Shown piece by piece: positions 1 to 9,957 of a DNA stretch of 59,056 nucleotides; positions within the stretch are counted from its first letter, which is position 1, and each line of letters opens with the position of its first letter. The stretch covers positions 1-59,056 of the forward strand of contig JBHHYO010000010.1 of NCBI GenBank assembly GCA_046757665.1. The letters are read 5' to 3'. The notes beneath the pieces were generated by a model, which saw nothing but the letters and a program-made list of their open reading frames with translations, did not search any database and was not told the DNA's origin. Made by a program: the position numbers and the translations under genes. The DNA is from Nitrospinales bacterium. GTDB lineage: Bacteria; Nitrospinota; Nitrospinia; Nitrospinales; JAJDAT01.

Positions 1-49
1 GCTCTTGGAGGATATTATATGTAAATACTTCTATTTATGCAACTAAGTA

Positions 50-421
50 CTAGTGGCCAAGCAGGTCTTCCACCTTCTCGATCAGCTTCAAGGGGCTGAA
101 GGGTTTTACGAGATAGTCGTCCGCACCGGACTCGAATCCTTTTTCCTTATCCAGGTTCTGGCCCTTGGCGGATAAAAGAATGATGATGCAGTTCCTGGTT
201 TGCGGATCGGTTTTTAAAATTTTCGTCACCTCCAGGCCGTCAATTCCTCCAGGCATCATGATGTCCAGGAAAATCAAGTGAGGTTTCTCACGCCTGGCGA
301 TTTTGATGGACTCTTCACCCGATCCCGTCTGGATGATCTTGTAATCGCCCAAACCGTTCAAGGTTTCGAAAACCAATTCTCTTATTGGCGCCTGGTCATC
401 TACAATCAGAATTTTTTTCAT
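50..421 (-). CDS. Single-domain response regulator (CheY/PhoB-like receiver)
   Basis: ILIVDD acidic pair, LDIMMP phosphoacceptor Asp, LSAKG, DYLVKPF. Confidence 0.93.
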   Translation of the reverse strand: MKKILIVDDQAPIRELVFETLNGLGDYKIIQTGSGEESIKIARREKPHLIFLDIMMPGGIDGLEVTKILKTDPQTRNCIIILLSAKGQNLDKEKGFESGADDYLVKPFSPLKLIEKVEDLLGH

Positions 422-526
422 TTCCGGCGAGTCCGCTTCCTCCTGACAATCGGTGGATCCATGATACTACAAGTTGCCGGGGTTTACTCAACAGGTTAAG
501 GCGTTTTTGTTGTTGGCGCTCCGATT

Positions 527-3205
527 TCAAGCGTCGCTTTCCAACACTTCCTCGGTTTGCAATTCGACTTGCTCGGGGAGGGTGAATTTGACGGTTGTCC
601 CTTTTCCGAGCCGGCTTTCGACCGAAACCTTGCCGCCGTGGGCGTTGACGATATGGCGGACGATGGTCATGCCGAGACCGGTGCCTTCGACCGCCGTGTT
701 GGAGGCGTCCACACGGTAGAACTTGTCGAAAATTTTCGCGGTTTGCTGGGGGGTCATGCCGATTCCCTCGTCCTTGACGGTGATCCGCAGACCGTCTTCC
801 CGAGGTTCCGCCGACACCTGGATCAGGCCGCCGTCCGGAGAGTATTTGACCGCGTTGCTCAACAGGTTTTCGATGACCTGATGGATTTTCTGCTCGTCCA
901 GCATTCCCATTAGCGGCTTGGGAGGCAGAATAACCTCGAACCGATGCTTATCCGAGTGTTCCTGAAACCTCGAAACGATTTGCGACAGAATGCCGCCAAT
1001 ATCGTGGCGGGCTTTGTTCAGCGAAAAACCGCGTCCCGACTCGATTCGGGAGATATCCAGCAGGTCGCTGATGATGTTGGCCAAGTGCTCGGCCTGCCGG
1101 TTGATGTGAGATAAAAACCGGTGTTCTTTTTCCGGGTCGAGGTTTCTCCAGGTCATAAGCAGTTCGGCAAAGCCCTGGATGGTGGTGAGGGGCGTTCTCA
1201 GTTCATGAGCCGCGGTGGAGATGAATTCCGTCTTCATTTGATCCATTTCCCGTTCCTGGGTGACATCGTACATGATGATGACGATGCCGATTTCCTTTCC
1301 CGCCTTATCAAGGATTATCGAGGTATGGGCCTGCATGATCCGCAAATGATTTTTAGCTGTTCCGGGCAATTCAAAATCGAATTGATAACCGGGAACTCTT
1401 TTGTCGAGAACCCATTTCACCTGCTCGCGCAGGGTTTTTTGCTGAATGGCAAGATCGATGGGTTGATGGAGCGCCTTGTCAAGGCTGACCCCCAGAATTT
1501 TTTCCGCCGCCGGGTTCATTAAAATCACCCGGTTTTGCGCGTCGGTTACCAGCAGTCCGTCCCCAATGGATTTCAAAATGCCGTCGATCCGGTCCTTGGC
1601 TTGCTGGACGCTTTCCAGGGCGGCATGAAGGTCGCTGGTGCGTTTTGCAACCGTTTCTTCGAGATTTTTTGTGTGACTTTCCAGCTTTTTCTCCATGGCC
1701 TTGCGGTTGGTGATGTCCCGGAGGACGCCCATGAAAATACGTTGTCCATGGGATTGCGTTTCGCTGACCGCAAGGTCCAGGGGAAATGTCGAACCGTCGC
1801 GGCGCCGGCCGGTGACCTCGCGTCCGAAGCCGATGATTTTGGCTTTGCCCGTCCGCAGATAATCGCGGATGTATTGGTCATGTTCACTGGCGTCGGGTTC
1901 CGGCATCAGGATATTGATGTTTCGGTTGATGACCTCGTCCGCGCCGTAGCCGAAGATACGCTCCGCCGCCGGATTAAATGACTTGATGACGCCTTTTTCG
2001 TCGATGGTGATAATGCCGTCGACGATGTTATCGAGAACGGCTTTCGTCCGCGCCTGGCTGTCCCGCATTTTTTCCGCGGCCCGCAGGGTTTGGATCTGGC
2101 TTCTTGCCATGCCGATGAGCAGGCCGATATACAGGCCGATAACCAGTATGCCCGCCAGAATCAGCAACCGCTCGGTGAGTTTGTACAGCCGATAGGCTTC
2201 CGCTACGTTTATCTCTGCCGCCAGGCCCAGATCCAGTTTCGCATCCCATATCCAGGCGCCGACGACAGGCACACCGCGGTAATCGCGGTATCCGTCAAGG
2301 TTCATGCCGCTTTGCCCCGTGACGGCCTGGGCGGCCATGGACGTCAGGGGTTGTTTGTTGCGGGTTGTTGAGGGATGGAATCCCTCGACCATGTTGCCGC
2401 CCGGGTCGCGGATTTCGATGTTGAGAATGGCTCGTTTGCCCGGGGCAAGCAGACCCGCCGCGCGGAGCTGGTCGTTGAACCGGCTGTCGGAAAGCATCTG
2501 CCCTTGCCGGTTGAAGAGATAAGTTTCGCCCGTTTTGCCAAACCGGCCGAATTGGGTGATTCGCGTGAACGCCTTGGCCGGGTCAATGCGGAAGGCCAGG
2601 ACGGCCATGACGGTCCCCGCGTCGTCCATTATGGGCGCCGCGACGAACAGCGTGGGTTCGTCCTCCCTCAATTCTCCGGCTATGTCCGGCAGGGGAACAT
2701 CCGACACAAGAGGATGACTGACAAGAACTTCTCCATTAAAGATCCTGGGCAGGAAATTTTCATAACCGACAAGAAGGTTTTTCGTTCCCACATTCGAGTC
2801 TCTCATGGAGGCGATGTTTATGAAATCCGGCGCGATAATGAAAAATCCCTGATATTGGTTCGACACCACGGTGGGTTTGAGCAACGAGCGCAGTTTTTTC
2901 AATGCCGGGCTCGCCAGCAGGGTTTGGGGGTTGCGGGGCGCCGCCAATTGCGCCTGCACCGCGTCGCGCAACTCGTGGGAAAGAATCCAGTGCGAGATAT
3001 CTTCTTTCTGATCGGAGGTCCATATCTTCAGAGCGACATGCGTGGTCTTCAACACCGTTTGCAAAGAGTCGCCGACCTCCCGGCGCGTTTGGGTTTCGAT
3101 CCGGTTCAATGTCCATCCGGCAATCATCAAGGCCAAAAGCGTGAACACCCCCGCCATGACGATCCAGGTATTTTGCTTGGGAAGCGGCGTGCTGTTATTG
3201 GTCAT
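527..3205 (-). CDS. Membrane sensor histidine kinase (periplasmic Cache-like domain, two PAS domains, HisKA, HATPase)
   Basis: Two TM segments; FixL-like PAS (LMPEPDASEHDQYI...IIGFGREV); H-box AHELRTPL; N-box NLLSNAVKY; G-boxes DEGIG and GTGLG. Confidence 0.93.
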   Translation of the reverse strand: MTNNSTPLPKQNTWIVMAGVFTLLALMIAGWTLNRIETQTRREVGDSLQTVLKTTHVALKIWTSDQKEDISHWILSHELRDAVQAQLAAPRNPQTLLASPALKKLRSLLKPTVVSNQYQGFFIIAPDFINIASMRDSNVGTKNLLVGYENFLPRIFNGEVLVSHPLVSDVPLPDIAGELREDEPTLFVAAPIMDDAGTVMAVLAFRIDPAKAFTRITQFGRFGKTGETYLFNRQGQMLSDSRFNDQLRAAGLLAPGKRAILNIEIRDPGGNMVEGFHPSTTRNKQPLTSMAAQAVTGQSGMNLDGYRDYRGVPVVGAWIWDAKLDLGLAAEINVAEAYRLYKLTERLLILAGILVIGLYIGLLIGMARSQIQTLRAAEKMRDSQARTKAVLDNIVDGIITIDEKGVIKSFNPAAERIFGYGADEVINRNINILMPEPDASEHDQYIRDYLRTGKAKIIGFGREVTGRRRDGSTFPLDLAVSETQSHGQRIFMGVLRDITNRKAMEKKLESHTKNLEETVAKRTSDLHAALESVQQAKDRIDGILKSIGDGLLVTDAQNRVILMNPAAEKILGVSLDKALHQPIDLAIQQKTLREQVKWVLDKRVPGYQFDFELPGTAKNHLRIMQAHTSIILDKAGKEIGIVIIMYDVTQEREMDQMKTEFISTAAHELRTPLTTIQGFAELLMTWRNLDPEKEHRFLSHINRQAEHLANIISDLLDISRIESGRGFSLNKARHDIGGILSQIVSRFQEHSDKHRFEVILPPKPLMGMLDEQKIHQVIENLLSNAVKYSPDGGLIQVSAEPREDGLRITVKDEGIGMTPQQTAKIFDKFYRVDASNTAVEGTGLGMTIVRHIVNAHGGKVSVESRLGKGTTVKFTLPEQVELQTEEVLESDA

Positions 3206-3408
3206 GGTTCCGGTGCCATTCGTTTTCTTTGGGGAAAAAAATTCCCATTTTCATTTGATCTTGCCGGTTTTTTTTGAAGGAAGCCCAAAATGAGAGCCGG
3301 CGATTTTTCCCGCTCCGTCGAAAAAACGCGACGTTTTTTCGTATAACTAAGTTTAAAAACAACAGATTATAAAAAAACCCGCGGCTCCCCCTCTTTGTGA
3401 AGGATTCA

Positions 3409-3424
3409 TGGCAGGAGATTTGCA
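3409..3424 (+). promoter_or_regulatory. Candidate sigma54 (-24/-12) promoter for the glycosyltransferase operon
   Basis: TGGCAGGAGATTTGCA has exact GG-N10-GC spacing; IHF-like AAACAACAGATTA at about 3357-3369. Confidence 0.55.
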
Positions 3425-3443
3425 CTCTACCTTACTCATTATC

Positions 3444-3615
3444 TAACAGGTTGTTGAAAAAGTCGGATTGAGGCGGTTTGCTTTAATGTCATGCTGAGCC
3501 CTTCGGCAAGCTCAGAACAGGCTCTGTCGAAGCATGTGCCTTATTCAAAGGCTTGCCACCCTTCGACAGGGTGACAACTTTATACCCTTCACAGGACTTT
3601 TTCAGCAACCTGTTA
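3444..3615. mobile_element. MITE-like element with 21-bp terminal inverted repeats and internal REP-like palindromes
   Basis: Left TAACAGGTTGTTGAAAAAGTC vs right GACTTTTTCAGCAACCTGTTA (20/21 complementary); internal GTCATGCTGAGC...GTCGAAGCATG and CCCTTCGACAGGGTGACA. Confidence 0.75.
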
Positions 3616-3678
3616 AAGTCATGATTCGAGACTGCCGAAAAGAAATATAGTGAACTCATTTTGACATTCAGCCGGCCC

Positions 3679-6402
3679 ATGAAGCTCAAAATTCTCTCCT
3701 TTAACTGGCACGCGCCTTACCTCTATTTATTGTCGAAGCTCGGCCATGACTTCATCGTGGTCGAGCCGGAGGTATCTCCCGGCGTTATCAAGCGTTGGGA
3801 GGTGGAAATGCGTCCGCTTCCCGGCAATGTGAAGCTGGTCTCCGAGCAATGGGCCAGGCAGGAGCTGGACGAGGGCAATATCGATCTGGTTCTGGCTCAT
3901 AACGTAAAGGACCTTCTGGTGTCTCAGGAATACCGGGTCCCGAAAATTTTAGTCTATCATAACAAACTTTCCACGGAAATTGGGCTGTCCGGCAACCCGG
4001 TGGACCGTGACGAGTATCTCCGTTCCCTGGAATCCCTGCGCCGGGATGTCAGGGAGGTTTACATCTCCGAGTCCAAGCGCTGTGACTGGGGCGGCACGGG
4101 GGAAATCATTCCGCCCGGAATCGATGCGTCCGAATACGGGGGCTATACCGGCGAAACCCCGGCGATTTTGAGGGTTGGCAATCATTTTAAGGAACGCGAT
4201 CTCATGCTGGGTTACAGCGCGAGCCGGCAGATGGCGCAGGGGTTTCCCTGCATCACTCTGGGAATCAATCCGACGATTGCCGGCGCCCGGCTGGCCGGCA
4301 GTTTTGAGGAATTGAAGGATTATTTTCGCCGTTGCCGTGTTTATCTCCACTCCACGGTTGAAAAATACGAGGACGGCTACAACCTGGCGCTCCTGGAAGC
4401 CATGGCGACGGGGATGCCGGTCGTTTCCACTCATAACCGCACCTCGCCCATTATCGACGGGGTCAACGGATTCGTTTCCCATGATCCGGTTTACCTGCGG
4501 AAATCCGTGGCCATGCTTTTGAACGATCCGCAGAAGGCCCGCGAGCTTGGGGAGAAGGCGCGCCAAACGGTCATTGAACAATTTGGTCTGGAGCCTTTCC
4601 TTAACCAATGGAACCGCGTGATCCATCAAACCATCCTGGATTTCCTGGAGGACAGCGGCGTGTCGTTGAATTCGCCGCCGCAACCGTTTCATAAAAAAAC
4701 GAAAAAGAACATCCTCATGGATTTCGTGTCCTACCCCGTCAGCACGGCGTATTACCTGGAGCGGGCGTTGCGTAAATCGCACAATGTCATCACTTGCGGC
4801 GGCATGATCAATTCCGACGTCATCAAACTGTGGAATCTGGAGAAACTGAACTGGCCGGTTCACCCCCAGGAAATCGCGCGCTCCGCCTCCACGCCCATCG
4901 CCGAAGTTATCGAACAGCTTCCTCGCGGCTGGTCTCCCGACCTGTATTTGTGGGTGGAAACCGGGCTGGACCATATCCCCGATGACCTGGACTTGCTATC
5001 CCTTCCCAAAGCTTGTTACCTGATCGATACGCATCTTCATTTGGATCGGCACAAGGAAACGGCACGCCATTTCGATTTTGTTTTCCTGGCGCAGAAGGAG
5101 TATGTCGCGGCATTCAAAGCATCGGGTTGCCGGAACGTTTACTGGTTGCCGTTGGCTTGCGATCCGGAAATCCACGGAAAGACGGACGAAGAAAAAACGT
5201 ATGACGTGGCTTTTGTGGGAAGCGTCACCGTCGCGCACACGGAAAGAAAAAAACTGCTTGAAGCCATCGGCCGCCATTTCGATCTGTTCATGGACCGGCG
5301 GTTCATGGATGAGATGGCCCGGGTGTTCTCGCGGTCGAAAATCGTTTTCAACCATGCCATCGGCAACGACCTGAACATGAGGGTGTTTGAAGCCCTGTGT
5401 TCGGGCAGTTTGTTGATTACCGACCGGGCGCCGGGCAGTGGGCTCGACGAGATGTTCGCGGAAGGGGAGCAGTTGGTCCTTTATGACAACGAAAACGATC
5501 TGATTGAAAAAATCCGCTGGTACCTGGACCACCCGGAGGAAAGGGATCGCGTTGCCGGCCAGGGGATGCGCCGGGTTTTGGAGCGGCACACCTACGACCA
5601 TCGCGTGAAGACCCTGATGACTGTCATGGATGAATTTTTCGCCCGGGAAGAATCCGGGGACGGACGCGCAAGGGATAAATCCGAACAATATTACCAAAAC
5701 GTGCGCCGGGACATCCTGCCGCTGGTTCCGCAAGAGGCCCGCTGTATTCTGGAGATCGGTTGCGGCGCCGGAATGACCGGGCGGGCCTTGAAAGAGCGGC
5801 CGGGGGTCTTTGTCGCCGGAATCGAACGCGCCGCCAGGGCCGCCCAACAAGCCCGGCAGGCGCTGGATGACGTTGTCGAGGGCAACATTGAAACCATGGC
5901 CCTGCCTTATGAAGAAAATTCGTTCGACTGCATCATCGCCGCGGACGTGCTTGAGCATTTGGCCGACCCGCTGGCCGTATTAAAAAAACTCATGCGATGC
6001 TTGAAACCGGAGGGAACGGTGGTTGCCAGCATTCCTAATGTGCAGTTTTTCGGCGTGGTTCAGCGCCTGATCGAGGGCAACTGGACCTATCAGAAAGAAG
6101 GTATCCTGGACGAGACGCATTTGCGGTTTTTCACCTACCGGGAAATCGAGAAGCTGTTTTGCGCCGCCGGGCTGGATATTATCCGGGTCGATGAAACCTT
6201 GGACCCCCAATACGAATCCGTTGCCGGCGTCAAGAGCGGTTCGCTGAAAATCGGCCGCGTTACCATTCAGGACCTTTCCCCGGAGGAGATGCGCCGGTTT
6301 TTTGTTTTTCAATACAGGATTGCCGCCAAACCGAAAATAGCCGTTTCGTTTCCTCACGCCATGAAGGTTGGGGATGTCGCGGCGGCGGAACAGGCGCCAT
6401 GA
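3679..6402 (+). CDS. Multidomain glycosyltransferase (GT4-like + CgeB-like GT + class I SAM methyltransferase)
   Basis: LALLEAMATGMPVV (GT4); NMRVFEALCSG...HTYDHRV (CgeB-like); ILEIGCGAG and DVLEHL (MTase). ATG at 3679 preferred over TTG at 3661. Confidence 0.88.
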   Translation: MKLKILSFNWHAPYLYLLSKLGHDFIVVEPEVSPGVIKRWEVEMRPLPGNVKLVSEQWARQELDEGNIDLVLAHNVKDLLVSQEYRVPKILVYHNKLSTEIGLSGNPVDRDEYLRSLESLRRDVREVYISESKRCDWGGTGEIIPPGIDASEYGGYTGETPAILRVGNHFKERDLMLGYSASRQMAQGFPCITLGINPTIAGARLAGSFEELKDYFRRCRVYLHSTVEKYEDGYNLALLEAMATGMPVVSTHNRTSPIIDGVNGFVSHDPVYLRKSVAMLLNDPQKARELGEKARQTVIEQFGLEPFLNQWNRVIHQTILDFLEDSGVSLNSPPQPFHKKTKKNILMDFVSYPVSTAYYLERALRKSHNVITCGGMINSDVIKLWNLEKLNWPVHPQEIARSASTPIAEVIEQLPRGWSPDLYLWVETGLDHIPDDLDLLSLPKACYLIDTHLHLDRHKETARHFDFVFLAQKEYVAAFKASGCRNVYWLPLACDPEIHGKTDEEKTYDVAFVGSVTVAHTERKKLLEAIGRHFDLFMDRRFMDEMARVFSRSKIVFNHAIGNDLNMRVFEALCSGSLLITDRAPGSGLDEMFAEGEQLVLYDNENDLIEKIRWYLDHPEERDRVAGQGMRRVLERHTYDHRVKTLMTVMDEFFAREESGDGRARDKSEQYYQNVRRDILPLVPQEARCILEIGCGAGMTGRALKERPGVFVAGIERAARAAQQARQALDDVVEGNIETMALPYEENSFDCIIAADVLEHLADPLAVLKKLMRCLKPEGTVVASIPNVQFFGVVQRLIEGNWTYQKEGILDETHLRFFTYREIEKLFCAAGLDIIRVDETLDPQYESVAGVKSGSLKIGRVTIQDLSPEEMRRFFVFQYRIAAKPKIAVSFPHAMKVGDVAAAEQAP

Positions 6403-8204
6403 GCTTGTTTGAAGACAATTTGCAATGCCTGCGCTCGCACGACCCGGCGCTCGCCCGCCGCGTCGAGAAAATCGCGTTGCCGGAGAATGTGGTGATGGTC
6501 CTGGCGCGTAGCGGCGAGCCGGTGCCGCAAGTGCGCTCCGTTTGCCTTCATAGCCGCTACCAACCGGTCCATGAGGCCAAAAAACAGGTTTCTGCGTTCC
6601 GGCCCATGCCTGGGGTTGGCGCCGTCGTGCATGGGCTGGGTTTTGGTTACCACGTTCTTGAGTTGCTCGAGAAGCAGGAGGGAGAGATTGTCGTCGTCGA
6701 GCCGTTGATGACGTTGTTCCGGGCCTTTTTGGAATATGTTGATCTTCGTCCCTTCCTGCCACGGGTGCGTTTTCTGGTGGACGAGCCTCCGCCGAAAATT
6801 CTGGCGCGCCACGGGACGGGAAACTGGAATACCTTTGTCCACGGACCCTCGACGCAAATCTCGCAAGCCTATTTTCAAATGCTTGGCAAATGTGCCGGCG
6901 CCGAAGAATATCTTGCAACCCATCGTTTGAAAATAATGGTTGTCAACCCCATTTATGGCGGCTCCCTGCCGACGGCCCGGTTTTGCGCCGAGGCCTTGAA
7001 GAATATGGGGCATGAGGTGGATGCCGTCCGGTGCGAGGATTTCGCCGACGCCTTTTTTGCCGTCCAGCAGACCACCAAAATCAAGCCCAATGCCGAAGTC
7101 CTGTCCTCCTTGTTCATGAACCTGATGAATGAAGTTGTTCTTGCCAGGGCGGCGGAGTTCAAGCCCGATCTGGCGCTGGTCCTGGCGCAGGCGCCCTTGA
7201 GCAAACAGGGCGTTGCCCGATTAAAAGCCTTGAAGATTCCCATCGCGTTTTGGTTTGTTGAGGATTTTCGGACGCTGACTTACTGGAACGATATCGCCGA
7301 AGCCTACGATTATTTTTTCACGATTCAGCGGAACGAGTTTTTCGACGCCCTGGAGTCCCGGGGAATCAAAAATTATTATTACCTGCCGCAGGCTTGCAGT
7401 CCTGCCGTTCACAGCCCGCTTTTGCTTGACGAACATGACTCCCAAAAGTTTTCGGCGGATATTTCCTTTATGGGCGCGGCGTATTACAACCGGCTTCAAG
7501 CCTTCCCCCGGCTTCTGGAATACGATTTCAAGGTTTGGGGCACCGGTTGGGACTTGCAATCCGCCGTTGGGCAAAGAGTCCAAAACGCCAATGAGCGCGT
7601 CTCGACCGACGATTGCGTCAAAATTTACAATGGCGCGGAAATCAATTTGAATTTACATTCCTCGACCTTCCATGAAAACGTCAATCCCAACGGCGATTTC
7701 GTCAACCCGCGGACCTTTGAGATTGCCGCCTGCGGCGCCTTTCAGCTTGTCGATGAGCGCTCGGAACTGCATGAGTGCTTTCGGGCGGGCGAGGAAATTG
7801 TGACGTTTAAAAATCTCGAGGACTTGAAAAACAAGATCGGTTTTTTTCTGGAGAACCCAAACGAGCGGAAAACAATCGCCGCCAGAGCCCGCAAGCGTGT
7901 CCTGAGCGAACACACTTTCGAGCATCGTTTAAAGGAAATGTTGATTTATATTTTTCATGACTCCCTGGACGGCTTGAAAGAGCGCGTCAATGCCAGAGCT
8001 GAGAGCGTTGATGAATTTATCGAACGCATCGGCAGTGAAACGCAGTTGGGGCAGTACTTGAAACGCTTCAGGAACGTAAAGGATTTTTCCCTGAAAACCG
8101 TCGTCGAACCTATTGAAAAAGGCGAGGGCGCCTTGACCCAAACCGAACTGCTTCTCCTGATGGTCGATCAGATTGCATGGGAGGGAGACAGGAATGGCGA
8201 ATAG
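6399..8204 (+). CDS. Maf-like N-terminal domain fused to a CgeB/DUF3880-type glycosyltransferase
   Basis: FEDNLQCL...LHSRYQP.HEA...GLGFGYH at the N-terminus; NPRTFEIAACG...HTFEHRL at the C-terminus; ATGA overlap with the upstream gene. Confidence 0.82.
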   Translation: MSLFEDNLQCLRSHDPALARRVEKIALPENVVMVLARSGEPVPQVRSVCLHSRYQPVHEAKKQVSAFRPMPGVGAVVHGLGFGYHVLELLEKQEGEIVVVEPLMTLFRAFLEYVDLRPFLPRVRFLVDEPPPKILARHGTGNWNTFVHGPSTQISQAYFQMLGKCAGAEEYLATHRLKIMVVNPIYGGSLPTARFCAEALKNMGHEVDAVRCEDFADAFFAVQQTTKIKPNAEVLSSLFMNLMNEVVLARAAEFKPDLALVLAQAPLSKQGVARLKALKIPIAFWFVEDFRTLTYWNDIAEAYDYFFTIQRNEFFDALESRGIKNYYYLPQACSPAVHSPLLLDEHDSQKFSADISFMGAAYYNRLQAFPRLLEYDFKVWGTGWDLQSAVGQRVQNANERVSTDDCVKIYNGAEINLNLHSSTFHENVNPNGDFVNPRTFEIAACGAFQLVDERSELHECFRAGEEIVTFKNLEDLKNKIGFFLENPNERKTIAARARKRVLSEHTFEHRLKEMLIYIFHDSLDGLKERVNARAESVDEFIERIGSETQLGQYLKRFRNVKDFSLKTVVEPIEKGEGALTQTELLLLMVDQIAWEGDRNGE

Positions 8205-9957
8205 AATCCTTGTCATGAACCTCACCCGGATGGGAGACTTGGTTCAATCGACTCCGCTCATTTCCGGCCTGCGGAAGAAGCATCCGGACGCATCCATCAC
8301 CCTGATGGTTTGCAAGGAGTTTGAGTCATTTGCCTCCCGGATTCCGTTCGTGGACGACGTGATCGTTTACGACGTTCTTCAATTCAACCGGATGAAGGAG
8401 CAGGGCGAGACCGTAACCTGGGATGTGATTTATCGTTATCTGGAAGACCTGTTGCGCGGCGTGATGGAACGTCAATTCGACCTGATATTCAACCTCAGTC
8501 ATTCCAGGCTCAGCGCCCTGATGATCACTTACATGGGGCATGGCAACGTCCGCGGATTTTTCTGCAATAAAACCGGAGACCGGATGACCCATCAGCCCTG
8601 GCTTCAGTATTTCGGTATCGAGCCTTTCAACCGGGCCTACAACTCATTCAACCTGGCGGATATTTACCTTCGCTCCGGAGAAGTGGAATCGCAATTTGAC
8701 CGGGTTATGATAAAAACCGGCCTTGATGATTTTGTCGCCGCCGAGGAGATCATGCGTCGTGAAAACATTCATGACGACGATTTTCTGATCGGATTTCAGG
8801 CCGGTTCCAGCCTGGAGGGGCGGCGATGGCCTACGCGCTCCTTTGCGGAGCTGGGCGATATGCTCGCCGCCAACCTCAATGCGAAAATTGTCTTGTTTGG
8901 GGTGGAGTCCGAGTCCGCGCAAGCGCGGGAAATCCTGGCGCTGTCGAAAATGAAATCTCGTTTTGTTGACCTTACCGGGAAAACCAGCATCTCGCAATTG
9001 ATTGGTCTTTTAAAGCGTTGCCGTTATCTGGTCACCAACGATACCGGCACCATGCACATTGCGGCGGCGGTGGGGACCCGGGTTGTCGGGCTTTTCTTTG
9101 CCCATGCACATCCTCATGAAACCGGGCCTTACGGTGACGGCCATCTTGTTTTTCAAGCCCGGATTCCTTGTGCGCCCTGCAGTTACGGCGTGGAGTGCAA
9201 CAACATTGTCTGTGTCCAAAAAGTGCGCCCGGCGGATGTTTATTCGCTGATGCAGTCCCACATCGCGCATGGGGTATGGAAGGCGCCGGAAATTACGCCG
9301 CCGCTCGACGAGGTCCATATCGTTCAGTCCGGTTTTGACCCTAACGGCTTTTTAAGGTTCGCGCCCTTGATCAAACGGCCCGTGACCCGGCAGGGCATTT
9401 TAATTCTCGCTTATAGGGAAATGTGGATTGTCTCTCTGACCTGGAACGATTCGGCAAGGTTTTCCGCGCCGCAAAACATCGGGCTTCTCGTCCAAACCCT
9501 CAAGGATGACTTTGACGTTGAGGCGGTGGATTCCGTGCTGGGGGATTTGCGGCATGATTTGGCTTTGTTCCGGGAGCTGATGCAGATCAGCAGGGAGGGA
9601 GTCCGAACCGGCGAAGAAATAAGGAAAACGACTTTACGGAAAAAATTCGATTCCGCCAAAATCAAGGCGCTGGGCCAGAAAATTTCCGAATTGGATGAGC
9701 GCATCAATTTATTGGGGATGGGCCATCCTCAGGTAAAACCTCTCACCGATATGTTTAACAAACGAAAAGAAAACCTGGATGGGGACGATGTTTCACGGCT
9801 GGCCGGGGAAACCGTGCATTGTTATACCCGGCTGGGTTGTGAAAGCGCCCGCATGGTTGAGATCCTCGCCGGTGTGGCCGAGTCATTCGGCGGTTCGCGG
9901 TCTGCCGGGTTTCATGCCGGACTCAATTCCATCAAAGCCGCCGTTCCCGGCAAGTAG
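8194..9957 (+). CDS. GT9-family (heptosyltransferase-like) glycosyltransferase with C-terminal extension
   Basis: LTRMGDLVQSTP, RRWP..SF, DLTGKTS, VTNDTGTMHIAAA motifs. Confidence 0.88.
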   Translation: MANRILVMNLTRMGDLVQSTPLISGLRKKHPDASITLMVCKEFESFASRIPFVDDVIVYDVLQFNRMKEQGETVTWDVIYRYLEDLLRGVMERQFDLIFNLSHSRLSALMITYMGHGNVRGFFCNKTGDRMTHQPWLQYFGIEPFNRAYNSFNLADIYLRSGEVESQFDRVMIKTGLDDFVAAEEIMRRENIHDDDFLIGFQAGSSLEGRRWPTRSFAELGDMLAANLNAKIVLFGVESESAQAREILALSKMKSRFVDLTGKTSISQLIGLLKRCRYLVTNDTGTMHIAAAVGTRVVGLFFAHAHPHETGPYGDGHLVFQARIPCAPCSYGVECNNIVCVQKVRPADVYSLMQSHIAHGVWKAPEITPPLDEVHIVQSGFDPNGFLRFAPLIKRPVTRQGILILAYREMWIVSLTWNDSARFSAPQNIGLLVQTLKDDFDVEAVDSVLGDLRHDLALFRELMQISREGVRTGEEIRKTTLRKKFDSAKIKALGQKISELDERINLLGMGHPQVKPLTDMFNKRKENLDGDDVSRLAGETVHCYTRLGCESARMVEILAGVAESFGGSRSAGFHAGLNSIKAAVPGK

